Shown here: one piece after another, positions 39,729-52,095 of the stretch | How the letters are laid out: each line of letters starts with the position of its first letter | How positions within the stretch are numbered: the first letter of the stretch is position 1 | Assembly (NCBI GenBank): GCA_046052125.1 | Contig: JBJOMY010000002.1 | Span: 64,001-128,000 of the forward strand | Length of the DNA stretch: 64,000 nucleotides | Direction of reading: 5' to 3' | Origin: Cyanobacteriota bacterium | Lineage (GTDB): Bacteria; Cyanobacteriota; Cyanobacteriia; PCC-6307; Cyanobiaceae | The notes under the pieces: model-generated | What the model saw: only the letters and a program-made list of their open reading frames with translations | The model's database searches: none | What the model was told of the DNA's origin: nothing | Position numbers and translations under genes: made by a program

Positions 39729-41545
39729 TGGGCACCCCTGCCAATGACCGCCGGGTGATTCAGATCCCGGTGGAGCCAGGCCTGGTGTGCCTGCGAGGGC
39801 TGAGTCCCAAGCGGCTGCGCTTCGAGGTGGAATACGGCCTGGAGCGGGGCACCACGGCCAACAGCTTCCTGTTCCTTGCCGCTGGCGAAGATCCAGCCCT
39901 ACTGGTGCACCCACCCGGGAACACCTTTGCCGAGCCCTACCTGGAGGCGTTGGCTGAGCTGGTCCCATCCAGCAGCAGGCTGCAGGTGGTGGTGGGCCAC
40001 ACCAACCCCAACCGAGTCCAATTGCTGCGGCAGCTGGCCCAGCGCTGGCCTGAGCTGGAACTGATCAGCTCCAACCCCGGCGCTCAGCTGCTGCGGGAAC
40101 TCTGGGATCAGCGCAAGCCCACGCCCCCAGGCGCAGACACCACCAGCAAACCAGAAGCCCTTCCGCCGCTACCGCCGCTGCAAGTGGTGCGCGGGGAACT
40201 CCTACTGGAGCGCGCCGATGGCCACAGCCTGCAGTTGCTCTCCACCCCCACGCCGCGCTGGCCGGGTGGATTGATGGCCTTCGAGGAGAGCAGCGGCCTG
40301 TTGATGAGCGGCAAGTTCTTCGCGGCCCACCTCTGCATCGAGGACTGGGCGGAGAGCAACCGCAGCAGCACCGAGGAAGACCGCCGCTACTTCTATGACT
40401 GCCTGATGGCTCCGATGGTGCGCCAGGTGGAGGCGGTGCTCGATCGCATCGATGAGTTGGCGATCCGCACCATCGCCCCCGGCCACGGCCCGGCCATCGC
40501 GGAAAGCTGGCGCAGCCTCCTGGTGGACTACCGTCGTTGGGGAGCCACCCAGGAGCGCGCCAAGCTCTCAGTGGCGCTGCTCTACGCCAGTGCCTACGGC
40601 AACACTGCGGCCATCGCCGACGGGCTCGCCCAGGGGGTGGCGCGCACGGGCGTGCGGGTGGAAAGCATCAACTGCGAATTCACTCCCCCGGACAAATTGC
40701 TGGAGTCGATCCGCAGCTGCGACGCGGTGCTGATCGGTTCGCCCACCCTCGGCGGCCACGCCCCCACGCCGATCGTGTCAGCCCTGGGCACGTTGCTGGC
40801 CGAAGGCGACCGCGCCAAACCAGTGGGGGTGTTCGGCAGCTTTGGCTGGAGCGGCGAAGCGCTCGATCTGCTCGAGAGCAAATTGCGCGATGGCGGCTTC
40901 CGCTTCGCTTTCGAGCCGATCAAGGTGAAGTTCAGCCCGGATGCCGCCACCCTCAAGACAATCGAGGAAACGGGTACAGCCCTCGGCCGCAAACTGCTGA
41001 GCGAGCAGCGCAAAGAACAGCGCCGCAGCGGCGGAGGCGGTGGCCTGAGCGAAAGCCGCAGCAATCCCGCCGTGCTGGCCCTGGGCCGGGTGGTGGGCTC
41101 CCTGTGCGTGCTCACCACGGTGAAGGGGAGCGGCGACACGCCACTGAGCGGGGCGATGGTGGCCAGCTGGGTGAGCCAGGCCAGCTTCTCGCCACCCGGG
41201 CTCACGGTGGCCGTGGCCAAAGACCGGGCCGTCGAAGCCCTGCTGCATGTGGGCGACTGCTTTGCACTCAATGTGCTGGCGGCGGGCCGGGAAAGTGGAC
41301 CGATGAAGCAGTTCCTGCAGCCCTTTGCACCGGGTGCCGATCGCTTCGCGGGGCTGGAGCTGGAGAACAGCCCCTCGGGCCAGCCCGTGCTGCCGGAAGC
41401 CCTGGCCTGGCTGGAGTGCAGCGTGAAACAACGGATGGAATGCGGCGACCACTGGCTGCTCTATGCCCAGGTGCAAACCGGCGCCGTGCTCGATGCGGCT
41501 GCCACCACCGCCGTTCATCAACGCCGTAGCGGCGCGAATTACTGA
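39728..41545 (+). CDS. flv1: Flavodiiron protein (Flv1-type, non-canonical ligands)
   Basis: HTNPNR and PRWP replace the ligands; YASAYGNT flavodoxin; flavin-reductase C-terminus. Confidence 0.88.
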   Translation: MGTPANDRRVIQIPVEPGLVCLRGLSPKRLRFEVEYGLERGTTANSFLFLAAGEDPALLVHPPGNTFAEPYLEALAELVPSSSRLQVVVGHTNPNRVQLLRQLAQRWPELELISSNPGAQLLRELWDQRKPTPPGADTTSKPEALPPLPPLQVVRGELLLERADGHSLQLLSTPTPRWPGGLMAFEESSGLLMSGKFFAAHLCIEDWAESNRSSTEEDRRYFYDCLMAPMVRQVEAVLDRIDELAIRTIAPGHGPAIAESWRSLLVDYRRWGATQERAKLSVALLYASAYGNTAAIADGLAQGVARTGVRVESINCEFTPPDKLLESIRSCDAVLIGSPTLGGHAPTPIVSALGTLLAEGDRAKPVGVFGSFGWSGEALDLLESKLRDGGFRFAFEPIKVKFSPDAATLKTIEETGTALGRKLLSEQRKEQRRSGGGGGLSESRSNPAVLALGRVVGSLCVLTTVKGSGDTPLSGAMVASWVSQASFSPPGLTVAVAKDRAVEALLHVGDCFALNVLAAGRESGPMKQFLQPFAPGADRFAGLELENSPSGQPVLPEALAWLECSVKQRMECGDHWLLYAQVQTGAVLDAAATTAVHQRRSGANY

Positions 41546-41777
41546 TCGAACAGCTGAACCAAAGAACACAGTTGCAGCCCCTGATCTGTAGCTCAGCGCA
41601 CAGCGAACCAATTGTTCACGATGGCCGCAAAATCGGCAAAACCCAGGCTGGCACAGCGGTTTGAGCCAGCCCAATCATGTCTCTGTCAGGAGACTTGATC
41701 TCCTGAGGAAGAAAAGCTGAAGTCTGCCTGGATCGGCCTGATCACCGCTCAAATGGGAGCAGCCGATTGCCAGCACA

Positions 41778-41981
41778 ATGTCGATGGCCGTGAGTCCCAA
41801 CCCACTGCATCAACGCTGGGTTGTGCGCTACCGCGGCTTTGTGCTGATTCCGCAGAACGACCTCAGCTGGCTGGTGCGTCCTGAGCGCAGCCCGATGACG
41901 CTGCTTCCCTTCCGCACACCGGCCAGCTCGGTCGACGATGTGAAGGCCCTGATCGACTGGCGCCTGAATCAGGCGGCCTGA
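41778..41981 (+). CDS. Small conserved hypothetical protein
   Basis: 67 aa, YRGFVLIPQ...WLVRPERSP...VKALIDWRL. Confidence 0.7.
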   Translation: MSMAVSPNPLHQRWVVRYRGFVLIPQNDLSWLVRPERSPMTLLPFRTPASSVDDVKALIDWRLNQAA

Positions 41982-42223
41982 GGCGGCGGGGGGGTCGAGC
42001 CACCAGCCACAAACGGCAGCACCACCGTGGCCCAGCGCTCCGGACGGGCGGGACGCTCACGGCGCGGGCGTCGCACGCCGAAGGGCACGCGAACGACGTT
42101 GGTGCCCTCAACCCGCAGCGTTTGATCGTTGCTCAGTACCGGCGTGGAGACATCGCTGAGCGACGGCAACGACACATCGGCGAGGAGCTTGATCGAATTG
42201 GTTCCCTGGTCGTCAGCGCTCAT
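41969..42223 (-). CDS. Small hypothetical protein
   Basis: 84-aa ATG ORF, VEGTNVVRVPFG...WATVVLPF. Confidence 0.6.
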   Translation of the reverse strand: MSADDQGTNSIKLLADVSLPSLSDVSTPVLSNDQTLRVEGTNVVRVPFGVRRPRRERPARPERWATVVLPFVAGGSTPPPPQAA

Positions 42224-42368
42224 GGTGTTGTTCCAGTACCGGTTTCACCGATGCCCAGTGATGCTTGCAGTTGCAGCAGATCCTGCTTGGAAAGCAAGGG
42301 TGAATGCGGGAAGAAATTCCGCACTTTTCATCCGGCGAAATCTAAACGCAACCCGGCGGGAATCAAGT

Positions 42369-45338
42369 TCAGCTGAGGGTGGTGCTCGCCAGTTCCTCCA
42401 CCGACGGGCAGGTGCAGACCAAATTGCGATCGCCGTAGGCGTTATCAATCCGGGCCACAGCTGGCCACAGCTTGTCCACCAGCTGCTGTTCACCCAGGGG
42501 ATAACCCCCGCGCTGACGGCTGTAGGAACGCTCCCACTGATCGGCCGTGATGGCCGCCAGGGTGTGGGGCGCCTGCTTCAGCGGGTTATCGAGAGGATCA
42601 CTGGTACCGCTCTCAATCGCCGCGGCCTCCATGCGGATGGCGGCCATGGCATCCACGAAGCGCTGCAGTTCCGCCAGGCCCTCGCTCTCGGTGGGCTCCA
42701 CCATCACCGTTCCGGCCACGGGCCAGCTCACGGTGGGGGCATGGAAGCCGTAATCCATCAACCGCTTGGCCAGATCATCCACCTCAAGCCCGGCGCTGCG
42801 CTTGAGCGGACGCAGATCGAGGATGCATTCATGGGCCACCCGACCGCCGGCGCCGCGATACAGCACCGGGAAGTGAGAATCCAACTGCTCCGCCAACCAG
42901 TTGGCCGCGAGCAGGGCCACCGCTGAAGCCTGGCGCAGGCCGGCACCACCCATCATCCGGATGTACATCCAGCTGATCGGCAGGATGCTGGCGCTACCCC
43001 AGGGGGCAGCGCTCACCGGCCCGATCGCCTGCTCACCGCCGCAGCGCTGCGCCAGGGGATGCCCTGGCAGAAAGGGCAGCAGGTGCTCGGCCACCGCAAT
43101 CGGACCAACTCCGGGCCCACCACCGCCGTGGGGGATGCAGAAGGTCTTGTGGAGGTTGAGATGGCACACATCGGCGCCGTAGAACCCCGGCTTGGCCAAG
43201 CCCACCTGGGCGTTGAGGTTGGCGCCATCGAGATACACCTGACCGCCGTGCTGATGCACCAGGGCACAGATCTCCTGAATGCCCTGCTCGAACACCCCGT
43301 GGGTGGAGGGGTAGGTGACCATCAACGCCGCCAGTTCGGCGCTGTGGGCCTCCATCTTGGCCTGGAGATCGGTGCGGTCGATGTTGCCCTGCTCGTCGCA
43401 GGCCACGGGCACCACCTGCAGGCCCGCCATCACGGCGCTGGCCGGATTGGTGCCATGGGCACTGGCGGGGATCAAACAGATGCGGCGCTGCTGCTGGCCG
43501 CGGCTTCGATGCCAGGCCCGAATCACCAGCAACCCGGCGTATTCGCCCTGGGAGCCGGCGTTGGGCTGGAGTGACACCCCGGCAAAGCCGGTGATCGCCG
43601 CCAGCCACTGCTCCAGGTCCGTCACGAGGCGCCGGTAACCGGCACTCTGCGCCGCCGGTGCAAAGGGGTGCAGGGCTGAAAAGCCCGGCCAGCTCACCGG
43701 CTGCAGCTCGGCGGCCGCATTCAGCTTCATGGTGCAGCTGCCCAGCGGGATCATCCCGTGCACCAGGGAGAAGTCGCGGGCAGCCAACCGCTGGATGTAG
43801 CGGAGCAGCTCGGTTTCACTGCGGTAGCGGCGGAACACCTCCTGCTGCAGCCAGGGCCGCTGGCGCCGGGGCACCGCATCAGCCCAGAGGAGCTGCTCGG
43901 GCACATCGCCGGCCGCAGAGGCGGCGAGCTCCTGCTCAAGCCGTGCCGCCAGGTCCCCTGCCTGGGGCACCGAGGCGGATCCAGCCACAGGTGCCAGAGC
44001 CTCCAGTAACTGCTGGAGCTCGCCCAGATCGCTGCGCTCATCGAGGCTGATGGCCAGGCCATCGGGCTCAGGCCGCAGGTTGAAACCGGCTGCCTCTGCC
44101 GCGGCCAGCAGCTCAGCGGCTGCGGGGGTGCGGAGTCGCAGGGTGTCGAACCCGGGGGTGGGCTCCACGGGCAGCCCCAGCTGCTCCAGCCCACGCCGGA
44201 GCACCTCCCGCAGCCGCAACACCCGCCGCGCTATCTCAGCCAGACCGTCTGGGCCGTGATGCACGGCGTAGAAGCCGGCCATGACAGCCAGCAGCACCTG
44301 AGCAGTGCAGATGTTGCTGGTGGCCTTGTCGCGGCGGATGTGCTGCTCCCGGGTCTGCAGGGCCAGGCGCAGAGCCGCCCGCCCTTCCGCATCCAGCGAT
44401 TGCCCCACCAAGCGGCCTGGGATCCGGCGTTGATGCGCGGTAGTGGTGGCAAAGAAGGCGGCATGGGGACCGCCGAAACCGAGTGGGATCCCAAATCGCT
44501 GACTGCTGCCGATGGCGATCTCAGCCCCCAGCTCGCCCACCGGCGCCATCAGAACCTGGGCGAGGGGGTCGACAGCGGCCGTCACCATCACGCCCGAGGC
44601 ACGGGCAGCAGCGATCAGCTCGGCTGGATCCCAGAGGCCGCCGCTGGCACCAGGCAGCTGCAACAGCAAGCCAAAGGCTCCAGCGAAGGGTGCATCGCCG
44701 CTCGCCTCCGCTGCCTGCAGGGCCGCCGGCTCCACGCGAACCAACTCAATCCCCAAGGGTTCAGCGCGGGTCTGCAGCACCGCCCAGGTTTGGGGCAACA
44801 CATCCGCATCCACCAGGAAGCGCTGAGCGCTGCTGTCGCGGCAGACGCCGTAGCTCAGGCTCATCGCCTCCGCCGCTGCGGTGGCCTCATCCAACAGCGA
44901 GGCGTTGGCAATCGGCAGTCCGGTGAGCTCGCTGATCAGCGTCTGGAAATTGAGCAGCGCCTCCAGGCGCCCCTGGCTGATTTCGGCTTGGTAAGGCGTG
45001 TAGGCCGTGTACCAGGCCGGGTTTTCAAACACGTGGCGCTGCAACAGCGCCGGCGTGATGCAGTCGTAGTAGCCGAGGCCGATCAGGCTGCGGCGCACCT
45101 GGTTGGCAGCGGCGATGCCTGTGAGTTCTGCCAGGGCTTCAGCCTCGCTGCAGCCAGCTGGGAGTCCCTGAGCGGCGCCAGCGGCATCCAGGCGGATGGC
45201 TTCAGGCACCACCGCCGCGATCAACTCGTCGAGAGAGCCGAGCCCCAAATCCGCGAGCATCGAGGCCTGCTCGCCGGCCGTGGGGCCGATGTGGCGAGCG
45301 ACAAAGGGGCTGAGGGCCGTGCGCTGATCAGTGGCCAT
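42369..45338 (-). CDS. gcvP: Glycine dehydrogenase (glycine cleavage P protein)
   Basis: [42 protein letters not shown]. Confidence 0.98.
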   Translation of the reverse strand: MATDQRTALSPFVARHIGPTAGEQASMLADLGLGSLDELIAAVVPEAIRLDAAGAAQGLPAGCSEAEALAELTGIAAANQVRRSLIGLGYYDCITPALLQRHVFENPAWYTAYTPYQAEISQGRLEALLNFQTLISELTGLPIANASLLDEATAAAEAMSLSYGVCRDSSAQRFLVDADVLPQTWAVLQTRAEPLGIELVRVEPAALQAAEASGDAPFAGAFGLLLQLPGASGGLWDPAELIAAARASGVMVTAAVDPLAQVLMAPVGELGAEIAIGSSQRFGIPLGFGGPHAAFFATTTAHQRRIPGRLVGQSLDAEGRAALRLALQTREQHIRRDKATSNICTAQVLLAVMAGFYAVHHGPDGLAEIARRVLRLREVLRRGLEQLGLPVEPTPGFDTLRLRTPAAAELLAAAEAAGFNLRPEPDGLAISLDERSDLGELQQLLEALAPVAGSASVPQAGDLAARLEQELAASAAGDVPEQLLWADAVPRRQRPWLQQEVFRRYRSETELLRYIQRLAARDFSLVHGMIPLGSCTMKLNAAAELQPVSWPGFSALHPFAPAAQSAGYRRLVTDLEQWLAAITGFAGVSLQPNAGSQGEYAGLLVIRAWHRSRGQQQRRICLIPASAHGTNPASAVMAGLQVVPVACDEQGNIDRTDLQAKMEAHSAELAALMVTYPSTHGVFEQGIQEICALVHQHGGQVYLDGANLNAQVGLAKPGFYGADVCHLNLHKTFCIPHGGGGPGVGPIAVAEHLLPFLPGHPLAQRCGGEQAIGPVSAAPWGSASILPISWMYIRMMGGAGLRQASAVALLAANWLAEQLDSHFPVLYRGAGGRVAHECILDLRPLKRSAGLEVDDLAKRLMDYGFHAPTVSWPVAGTVMVEPTESEGLAELQRFVDAMAAIRMEAAAIESGTSDPLDNPLKQAPHTLAAITADQWERSYSRQRGGYPLGEQQLVDKLWPAVARIDNAYGDRNLVCTCPSVEELASTTLS

Positions 45339-45717
45339 CCACCTTGGCGCTGTAGGTGGTTGCATCCATCAGCCCCTGCAGCTGAGCGGGGTCGCTGGGG
45401 CGCACCAGCAGCAGCCAGCCCTCCCCGTAGGGATCGTTCTGCAACTCCTCTGGGCTGGCGAGCACGGCTTCATTACGGGCCTCGATCGTGCCGCTGATCG
45501 GTGCGATCACCTCCTCGACGGCCTTCACCGATTCCACGGAGCCGAAGCTGCTGCCTTGGTTGATGGCCGCTCCCACCTCAGGCAGCTCCACAAACACAAT
45601 GTCGCCCAGCTGATCCACGGCGAAGGCACTGATGCCAACCCGCACCAGCTCTCCCTCCGCCCTGGCGTATTCGTGGCTGTCGGCGTAACGGCAGTCGTCG
45701 GGGTAGCTGAGAGCCAT
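45328..45717 (-). CDS. gcvH: Glycine cleavage H protein
   Basis: [16 protein letters not shown] lipoyl-Lys, NDPYGEGW. Confidence 0.98.
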   Translation of the reverse strand: MALSYPDDCRYADSHEYARAEGELVRVGISAFAVDQLGDIVFVELPEVGAAINQGSSFGSVESVKAVEEVIAPISGTIEARNEAVLASPEELQNDPYGEGWLLLVRPSDPAQLQGLMDATTYSAKVDGH

Positions 45718-45837
45718 GGGGCCGCCTGGGCGGGTCGCTGGGGAGCAGTTTGTCGGAAATCGGCGAAGGCGGGTTGAGAAGCGGCCTGGCTTGCAGCTCC
45801 CGCAACACTGTCCTCAGTTCTGTACAGACCTAAGGAA

Positions 45838-47109
45838 TCAGCCAGCGACTGGCCCGCACCACCCCCCATCCGCCAGCGCCAGCAGCGCCCGCTCCAAGGC
45901 GAGCTCTGCGTGGGCCTGGGTGGTGCCGCCCTGGGCATAGAGCACGTAGGGCTCCCGCAGCGGACCATCGGCCGAGAACTCACTGGTGCTGCCATCGATG
46001 AAGGTGCCGCCAGCCATCACCAGCTCGCTTGCGTAGCCGGGCATCGGCGCCGGCACCGGATCGAGATAGCTGCCCACAGGCGAGCAGGCCTGGAAAGCAC
46101 GGCACACCGCCTCGAGCGGCTCGGGCGAGCCGAAGCGCACCGCCTGGATCACATCGCTGCGAATGCCCCCCACCAGGGGCTTCACCGCGTAGCCCAGCTG
46201 CTCGAACACCGCCGCTGTCAGTTCGGCGCAGAGCAAGGCCTCACTCACCATCTGCGGCGCCAGAAACAAGCCCTGGAACAGCAAACGGTGCAAATCGAAG
46301 CCCGTGCCCCCCTCGCTACCGATCCCCGGGGCGGTGAGCCTGCAGCAGGCCTGCTCCACCAGCTCGGCCCGGCCCGCCACATAGCCGCCGGTGGGGGCGA
46401 TGGTGCCGCCGAGGTTCTTGATCAGGGAGCCCGCCATCAGATCGGCCCCCACAGCGGTGGGCTCCTGCAGCTCCACCAACTCGCCGTAGCAGTTGTCCAC
46501 GAACACCAGGCAACCGGGTTGGATCGCCTTCACCCGCTCCACCAGCCGGCCGATCTGCTCCACTGTGAGCGAAGGGCGCCAGCTGTAGCCGCAGCTGCGC
46601 TGGATCAGCACCATGCGCGTGGGCAGCGCCAGAGCGTCGGCAATGCCCGCCTCGTTCACCGTGCCATCCGGCAGCAGATCGAGCTCGTCGTAGGCGATGC
46701 CGAACTCCGCCAGCGAGCCCTGGCCGCTGCCGCGGATGCCGATCACCTCCTCGAGGGTGTCGTAGGGGCGGCCGCTGAGCGCCAGCAAGCGATCGCCAGG
46801 GCGCAGCACGCCATAGAGCGCCGCGGCGATGGCGTGGGTGCCGCTCACAAACTGCAGGCGCACGGCGGCCGCTTCGGCCTGGAGCACCTGAGCGAACACC
46901 CGATCGAGGACCTCACGGCCCAGATCACCGTGGCCGTACCCACTCACCGAAGCGAAGTGATGCACCCCCAGCCGCTCGGCCGCAAACGCCGACAGCACCC
47001 GCTCCAGCCGCGGCTTAATGCCGGAACGGCGCTCGCGGGCTAGAGGGGCGGTGCGTTCCAGGGCAGCAGCCAGCTGATCGGCCGCCCAGGCCTGATGGGA
47101 GGCGGTCAT
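45838..47109 (-). CDS. Methionine gamma-lyase / aluminium-resistance family PLP enzyme
   Basis: FVSGTHAI, FVDNCYGE, AGSLIKNLGG, MAGGTFIDGSTSE. Confidence 0.9.
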   Translation of the reverse strand: MTASHQAWAADQLAAALERTAPLARERRSGIKPRLERVLSAFAAERLGVHHFASVSGYGHGDLGREVLDRVFAQVLQAEAAAVRLQFVSGTHAIAAALYGVLRPGDRLLALSGRPYDTLEEVIGIRGSGQGSLAEFGIAYDELDLLPDGTVNEAGIADALALPTRMVLIQRSCGYSWRPSLTVEQIGRLVERVKAIQPGCLVFVDNCYGELVELQEPTAVGADLMAGSLIKNLGGTIAPTGGYVAGRAELVEQACCRLTAPGIGSEGGTGFDLHRLLFQGLFLAPQMVSEALLCAELTAAVFEQLGYAVKPLVGGIRSDVIQAVRFGSPEPLEAVCRAFQACSPVGSYLDPVPAPMPGYASELVMAGGTFIDGSTSEFSADGPLREPYVLYAQGGTTQAHAELALERALLALADGGWCGPVAG

Positions 47110-47290
47110 GGCAAGTCGCGGGGATTCACCATGCTGCCGGCCGCGTGCCGCTCGCCCATCCGTCTAGATTTTTTTGGATTGGTGTCTTGGCTACAGCTCA
47201 AAACTGTTGCCAGCGCCCCAGGCCAGTGGTGCGTAGGTCCCCAGGGACCCTCGAGCGAACCGGAGCCTGCGCACCCTCTAGGAGTTCACT

Positions 47291-48243
<953 letters not shown>

Positions 48244-48256
<13 letters not shown>

Positions 48257-49026
48257 AGCTGCCGGCGGATCGCCTCCGCCAGATCAAGTTCCCCGTCCCC
48301 TGAGCCCGGTTGCTCCTGCAGCCGGGCTTTTTGGCGCAGCAACTCCAGAAACTGATCGGCACTGAGCTCTTCCTCCTGGGTTGCCCCCAACGCCGCCAGG
48401 GTGCGGCGGAGGTCGTTGAGCTCCGCGTCCAGCTCCTCCGCGCTGAAATCGCGCTGACCTGCCATCACCTCCGCAAAGCGCTCCCGCCGCTGACGCTTCT
48501 CCGCCGGGTAGGCCGCCAAGACCTGCTCCCGGCAAAGTCGCCAGGGCCTTCCGGCGGTGAACAACTCCGCGAGGGCCGCGCTCAAGCCGGCCGCCTCCGC
48601 AGCCTGAATACGCAAATCAAAGCCCGGCGGCAACGGCCTTAGACCCACAAAGATCTCGAACAACTGGGCCGGCCCCAGGGCCGCGCCGTTATCCGCCAGC
48701 AGGGGCAACGCCGAGGCCTGCAAGGCCGCGAGCAACTCCGGCTGATCGACAAGCTGCTCCTCCAACGACGCTGACAACCCTCCAGCTCCCGCGTCTTGAG
48801 CGAGCAGCTGGTTAATCCGCCCCAGCGCCACAAACAGCTCGGGCCCCGGGGAGGCGAGCTTGCGGTTACGCAGGTTGGAGAGCTGCGAGTTGTGAACGCG
48901 GCCCAGATCGAGCCGCTCCGCCAGCGCCGGCAACACCCGCTGGCTCCAGCCATTGCGCTCATGCCAGACCCTGATCAGATGCCCGAACGCGTCGCGGCCC
49001 GCTTCGAGTTCGCTCCGATAATCCAC
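48244..49026 (-). CDS. Hypothetical protein with N-terminal Xre-like HTH
   Basis: FGHLIRVWHERNGWSQRVL...VHNSQLSNLRNRKL; GTG start. Confidence 0.7.
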
Positions 49027-49077
49027 CTGATACGGATCCGTACTGCTACCATTTTATCGGAAACAAACGGAGGGCCC

Positions 49078-50007
49078 ATGACGGCCACCATCACCAGCCC
49101 CGGCAGCGTGCAACACCTGCACCGGCCGCGCGGCGCGCACCACGCCACAACCCCAGTTGCCACTCAGCCGCAGAACCGCGACTGGGTCGTCATCTTGTTT
49201 ATGGGCGCCCTCCACGTACTCGCCCTGGTGGCATTGCTGCCCCAGTTCTGGAGCCTCACCGCCATCGGCACCCTGGCGGTTCTTTATTGGGTGACGGCGT
49301 GCCTGGGCGTCACCATCGGCTACCACCGCCTCCTGAGCCACCGCGCTTTCCGGGTGCCCCGCTGGCTGGAGCGCTTCTTTGCCACCTGCGGCGCCCTCAG
49401 CTGCCAGCACGGCCCGATCGACTGGGTGGGCCTGCACCGCCATCACCACAAATTTTCTGATACGGAACCAGATCACCACAACAGTCACCGCGGCTTCTGG
49501 TGGAGCCACATGGGCTGGATGTTCCGTCCCATCCCTGCCAAAGGAGCAATCCCACGCCTCACCGGCGATCTGGCTTCCGACCCCTATTACCGCTGGTTGA
49601 ACACCAATTTCCTGCTGCTGCAGCTGCCCCTGGCCGGCCTGCTCTTCTGGCTTGGCACCATCACCGGCGCCGGCGGCTGGGCCCTGGTGCTCTGGGGCAT
49701 CCCGCTACGCCTGGTGCTCGTGTATCACGCCACCTGGCTGGTGAACTCCGCGACCCACCGCTGGGGCTACGTGCTCCACGACAGCGGTGACGGGTCCCGC
49801 AACAACCCCTGGGTAGCGGCGCTCACCTTCGGTGAGGGCTGGCACAACACCCATCACGCCTATCCCCATTCGGCGCGCCACGGCTGGGGCCGCCGCGAAC
49901 CCGACCTCACCTGGCTGCACATCCGCCTGATGCAACGCCTGGGGTTGGCGACCCAGGTGCGGCTGCCGGCAGCGCTGACGAACCGTGCTCAAGCACCCGT
50001 GGCGTAG
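49078..50007 (+). CDS. desC: Acyl-lipid delta-9 desaturase (second paralogue)
   Basis: His boxes HRLLSH, HRHHH, HNTHH; GGAGG RBS before ATG 49078. Confidence 0.9.
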   Translation: MTATITSPGSVQHLHRPRGAHHATTPVATQPQNRDWVVILFMGALHVLALVALLPQFWSLTAIGTLAVLYWVTACLGVTIGYHRLLSHRAFRVPRWLERFFATCGALSCQHGPIDWVGLHRHHHKFSDTEPDHHNSHRGFWWSHMGWMFRPIPAKGAIPRLTGDLASDPYYRWLNTNFLLLQLPLAGLLFWLGTITGAGGWALVLWGIPLRLVLVYHATWLVNSATHRWGYVLHDSGDGSRNNPWVAALTFGEGWHNTHHAYPHSARHGWGRREPDLTWLHIRLMQRLGLATQVRLPAALTNRAQAPVA

Positions 50008-50050
50008 GCTGACCCACTGCCCAAATGTCGATCGTTAGTTCGTAGATCCC

Positions 50051-50509
50051 ATGGCCAAGCGCGTTTCCGTGGTCCTCAGCGAGGACGTCCTCAGCCTGGG
50101 TAAGGACGGCGATCTGGTGGAAGTGGCTCCTGGCTACGCCCGCAACTTCCTGCTGCCCCAAGGCAAGGCTGTGCCCCTCACCCCTGCCGTGATGCGTCAG
50201 GTGGAGCACCGCCGCGCCAAGGAGGCCGAGCGCCAGGCCGCCCTCAAGGCTGAGGCCGTGGCCTTCCGCACCGCCCTCGACACCATCGGCCGCTTCACCG
50301 TGAAGAAGCAAACCGGTGGTGACGACGTGCTGTTCGGCACCGTGACCAACGGCGACGTGGCTGAAGCCATCGAAGCCGCCACCAAGAAGGAAGTGGATCG
50401 CCGCGACATCATTGTTCCTGAAATCCACCGCACCGGCAGCTACAAGGTGCAGGTGAAGCTGCACAGCGAAGTGACCGCTGAGATCAACCTGGAAGTGGTC
50501 AGCCACTGA
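50051..50509 (+). CDS. rplI: 50S ribosomal protein L9
   Basis: [31 protein letters not shown]. Confidence 0.99.
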   Translation: MAKRVSVVLSEDVLSLGKDGDLVEVAPGYARNFLLPQGKAVPLTPAVMRQVEHRRAKEAERQAALKAEAVAFRTALDTIGRFTVKKQTGGDDVLFGTVTNGDVAEAIEAATKKEVDRRDIIVPEIHRTGSYKVQVKLHSEVTAEINLEVVSH

Positions 50510-50581
50510 TTCACCCTCACCAGATCGCTCATTCGTCCACTTGCCGCCTGCGGGCAGCGCGAGAGAATGGTGATTCCCTTT

Positions 50582-50614
50582 GCCGTCAGGCCCCCCGGGG
50601 TCTGGCGGCTTTTT
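50582..50614 (+). terminator. Intrinsic terminator between rplI and dnaB
   Basis: GCCGTCAGGCC...GGTCTGGCGGC-TTTTT. Confidence 0.75.
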
Positions 50615-50637
50615 GATTCCGTAGGCAGCAATCGGCC

Positions 50638-52053
50638 ATGGTGAGCGTTCCCCTCAGCAACCTCGATCCCGAGGAGGGTCAAGGTCGCCGAGCGGGCTCC
50701 CGCGGCCGGCCCCGCGATGAGGCCAGCTTCGAGGCGATGCCCGATGGCGTGCCGCCGCAGAACCTCGAGGCCGAAGAAGCGGTGCTCGGCGGGATCCTGC
50801 TCGACCCCGATGCCATCGGGCGCGTCGCCGATGTGCTCCAGCCCGAGGCCTTCTATCTCACCGCCCACCGGGAGATCTATCGCACGGCCCTGATGCTGCA
50901 TGGCCAGGGCAAACCCACCGACCTCACGGCGATGACCGCCTGGCTGGCGGACACCGGCGCCCTCGAGAAAGTGGGCGGCAGCGGCCGGCTGGTGGAGCTG
51001 GTGGAGCGCACCCTCTCCACCGCCTCAATCGACCAGGTGGCGCGGCTGGTGATGGACAAGTTCCTGCGCCGCCAGCTGATCCGCTCCGGCAACGAGGTGA
51101 TCCAGCTCGGTTTCGATCAGAGCAAGCCGATGGAGCAGGTGCTCGATGAGGCCGAGCAGAAGATCTTCGCCATCAGCCAGGAGAAGCCGAGCATCGGCCT
51201 CACCCCCACGGCCGAGATCCTCACCGCCACCTTCAACGAGATCGAGAGTCGCTCACTGGGCACAGCGGTGGCCGGGATCCCGGTGAACTTCTACGACCTG
51301 GACGCGATGACCCAGGGGCTGCAACGCAGCGATCTGATCATCATTGCCGGCCGCCCCGCCATGGGCAAAACAGCGATCACGCTCAACCTGGCCAAGAACG
51401 TGGCCCAGCTCCACCAGCTGCCGGTGTGCGTGTTCTCCCTGGAGATGAGCAAGGAGCAGCTCACCTACCGCCTGCTGGCCATGGAGGTGGGCATTGAAAG
51501 CGGTCGCCTGCGCACCGGCCGGCTGCAGCCGGAGGAATGGCCTCTGCTCGGCCAGGGCATCAGCACCCTCGGCCAGATGCCGATCTACATCGACGACAAA
51601 CCCAATGCGGGCGTGCTGGAGATGCGCTCGCTCTGCCGGCGGCTGATGGCCGAATCGGGCAAGGAGCTGGGGCTAGTGGTGATCGACTACCTGCAGCTGA
51701 TGGAAGGTGGCGGCTCCGACAACCGTGTGCAGGAGCTCTCCCGCATCACCCGCGGCCTCAAGCAGATGGCCCGCGAACTCAACGTTCCCGTGATCGCCCT
51801 CTCCCAGCTCAGCCGGGGCGTGGAGGCCCGCACCAACAAGCGGCCAATGCTCTCCGACCTGCGGGAATCGGGCTCGATCGAGCAGGACGCCGATCTGGTG
51901 CTGATGATCTACCGCGACGAGTACTACAACCCCGACACGCCCGATCGCGGCATCACCGAAATCATCGTGACCAAGCACCGCAACGGCCCGGTGGGCACGG
52001 TGAAGCTGCTGTTCGAGCCGCAGTTCACCCGCTTCCGCAATCTGGCGGCCTGA
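50638..52053 (+). CDS. dnaB: Replicative DNA helicase (no intein)
   Basis: PPQNLEAEEAVLG, GRPAMGKT, IDYLQL, SDLRESGSIEQDAD, KHRNGP. Confidence 0.99.
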   Translation: MVSVPLSNLDPEEGQGRRAGSRGRPRDEASFEAMPDGVPPQNLEAEEAVLGGILLDPDAIGRVADVLQPEAFYLTAHREIYRTALMLHGQGKPTDLTAMTAWLADTGALEKVGGSGRLVELVERTLSTASIDQVARLVMDKFLRRQLIRSGNEVIQLGFDQSKPMEQVLDEAEQKIFAISQEKPSIGLTPTAEILTATFNEIESRSLGTAVAGIPVNFYDLDAMTQGLQRSDLIIIAGRPAMGKTAITLNLAKNVAQLHQLPVCVFSLEMSKEQLTYRLLAMEVGIESGRLRTGRLQPEEWPLLGQGISTLGQMPIYIDDKPNAGVLEMRSLCRRLMAESGKELGLVVIDYLQLMEGGGSDNRVQELSRITRGLKQMARELNVPVIALSQLSRGVEARTNKRPMLSDLRESGSIEQDADLVLMIYRDEYYNPDTPDRGITEIIVTKHRNGPVGTVKLLFEPQFTRFRNLAA

Positions 52054-52095
52054 GCGAAGCGCTGCCTAGATTGAAGTCAATCACCGGAGGCTGCC

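Noticed and set aside
39336..41188. 33-bp exact repeat ATGGTGGCCAGCTGGGTGAGCCAGGCCAGCTTC at 39336 and 41156
   Set aside because: Encodes the conserved MVASWVSQASF motif of the paralogous flv3/flv1 flavin-reductase domains; not a mobile-element boundary.
45718..45837. Possible glycine riboswitch upstream of gcvH-gcvP
   Set aside because: The gap is only 120 bp and I see no convincing aptamer consensus.
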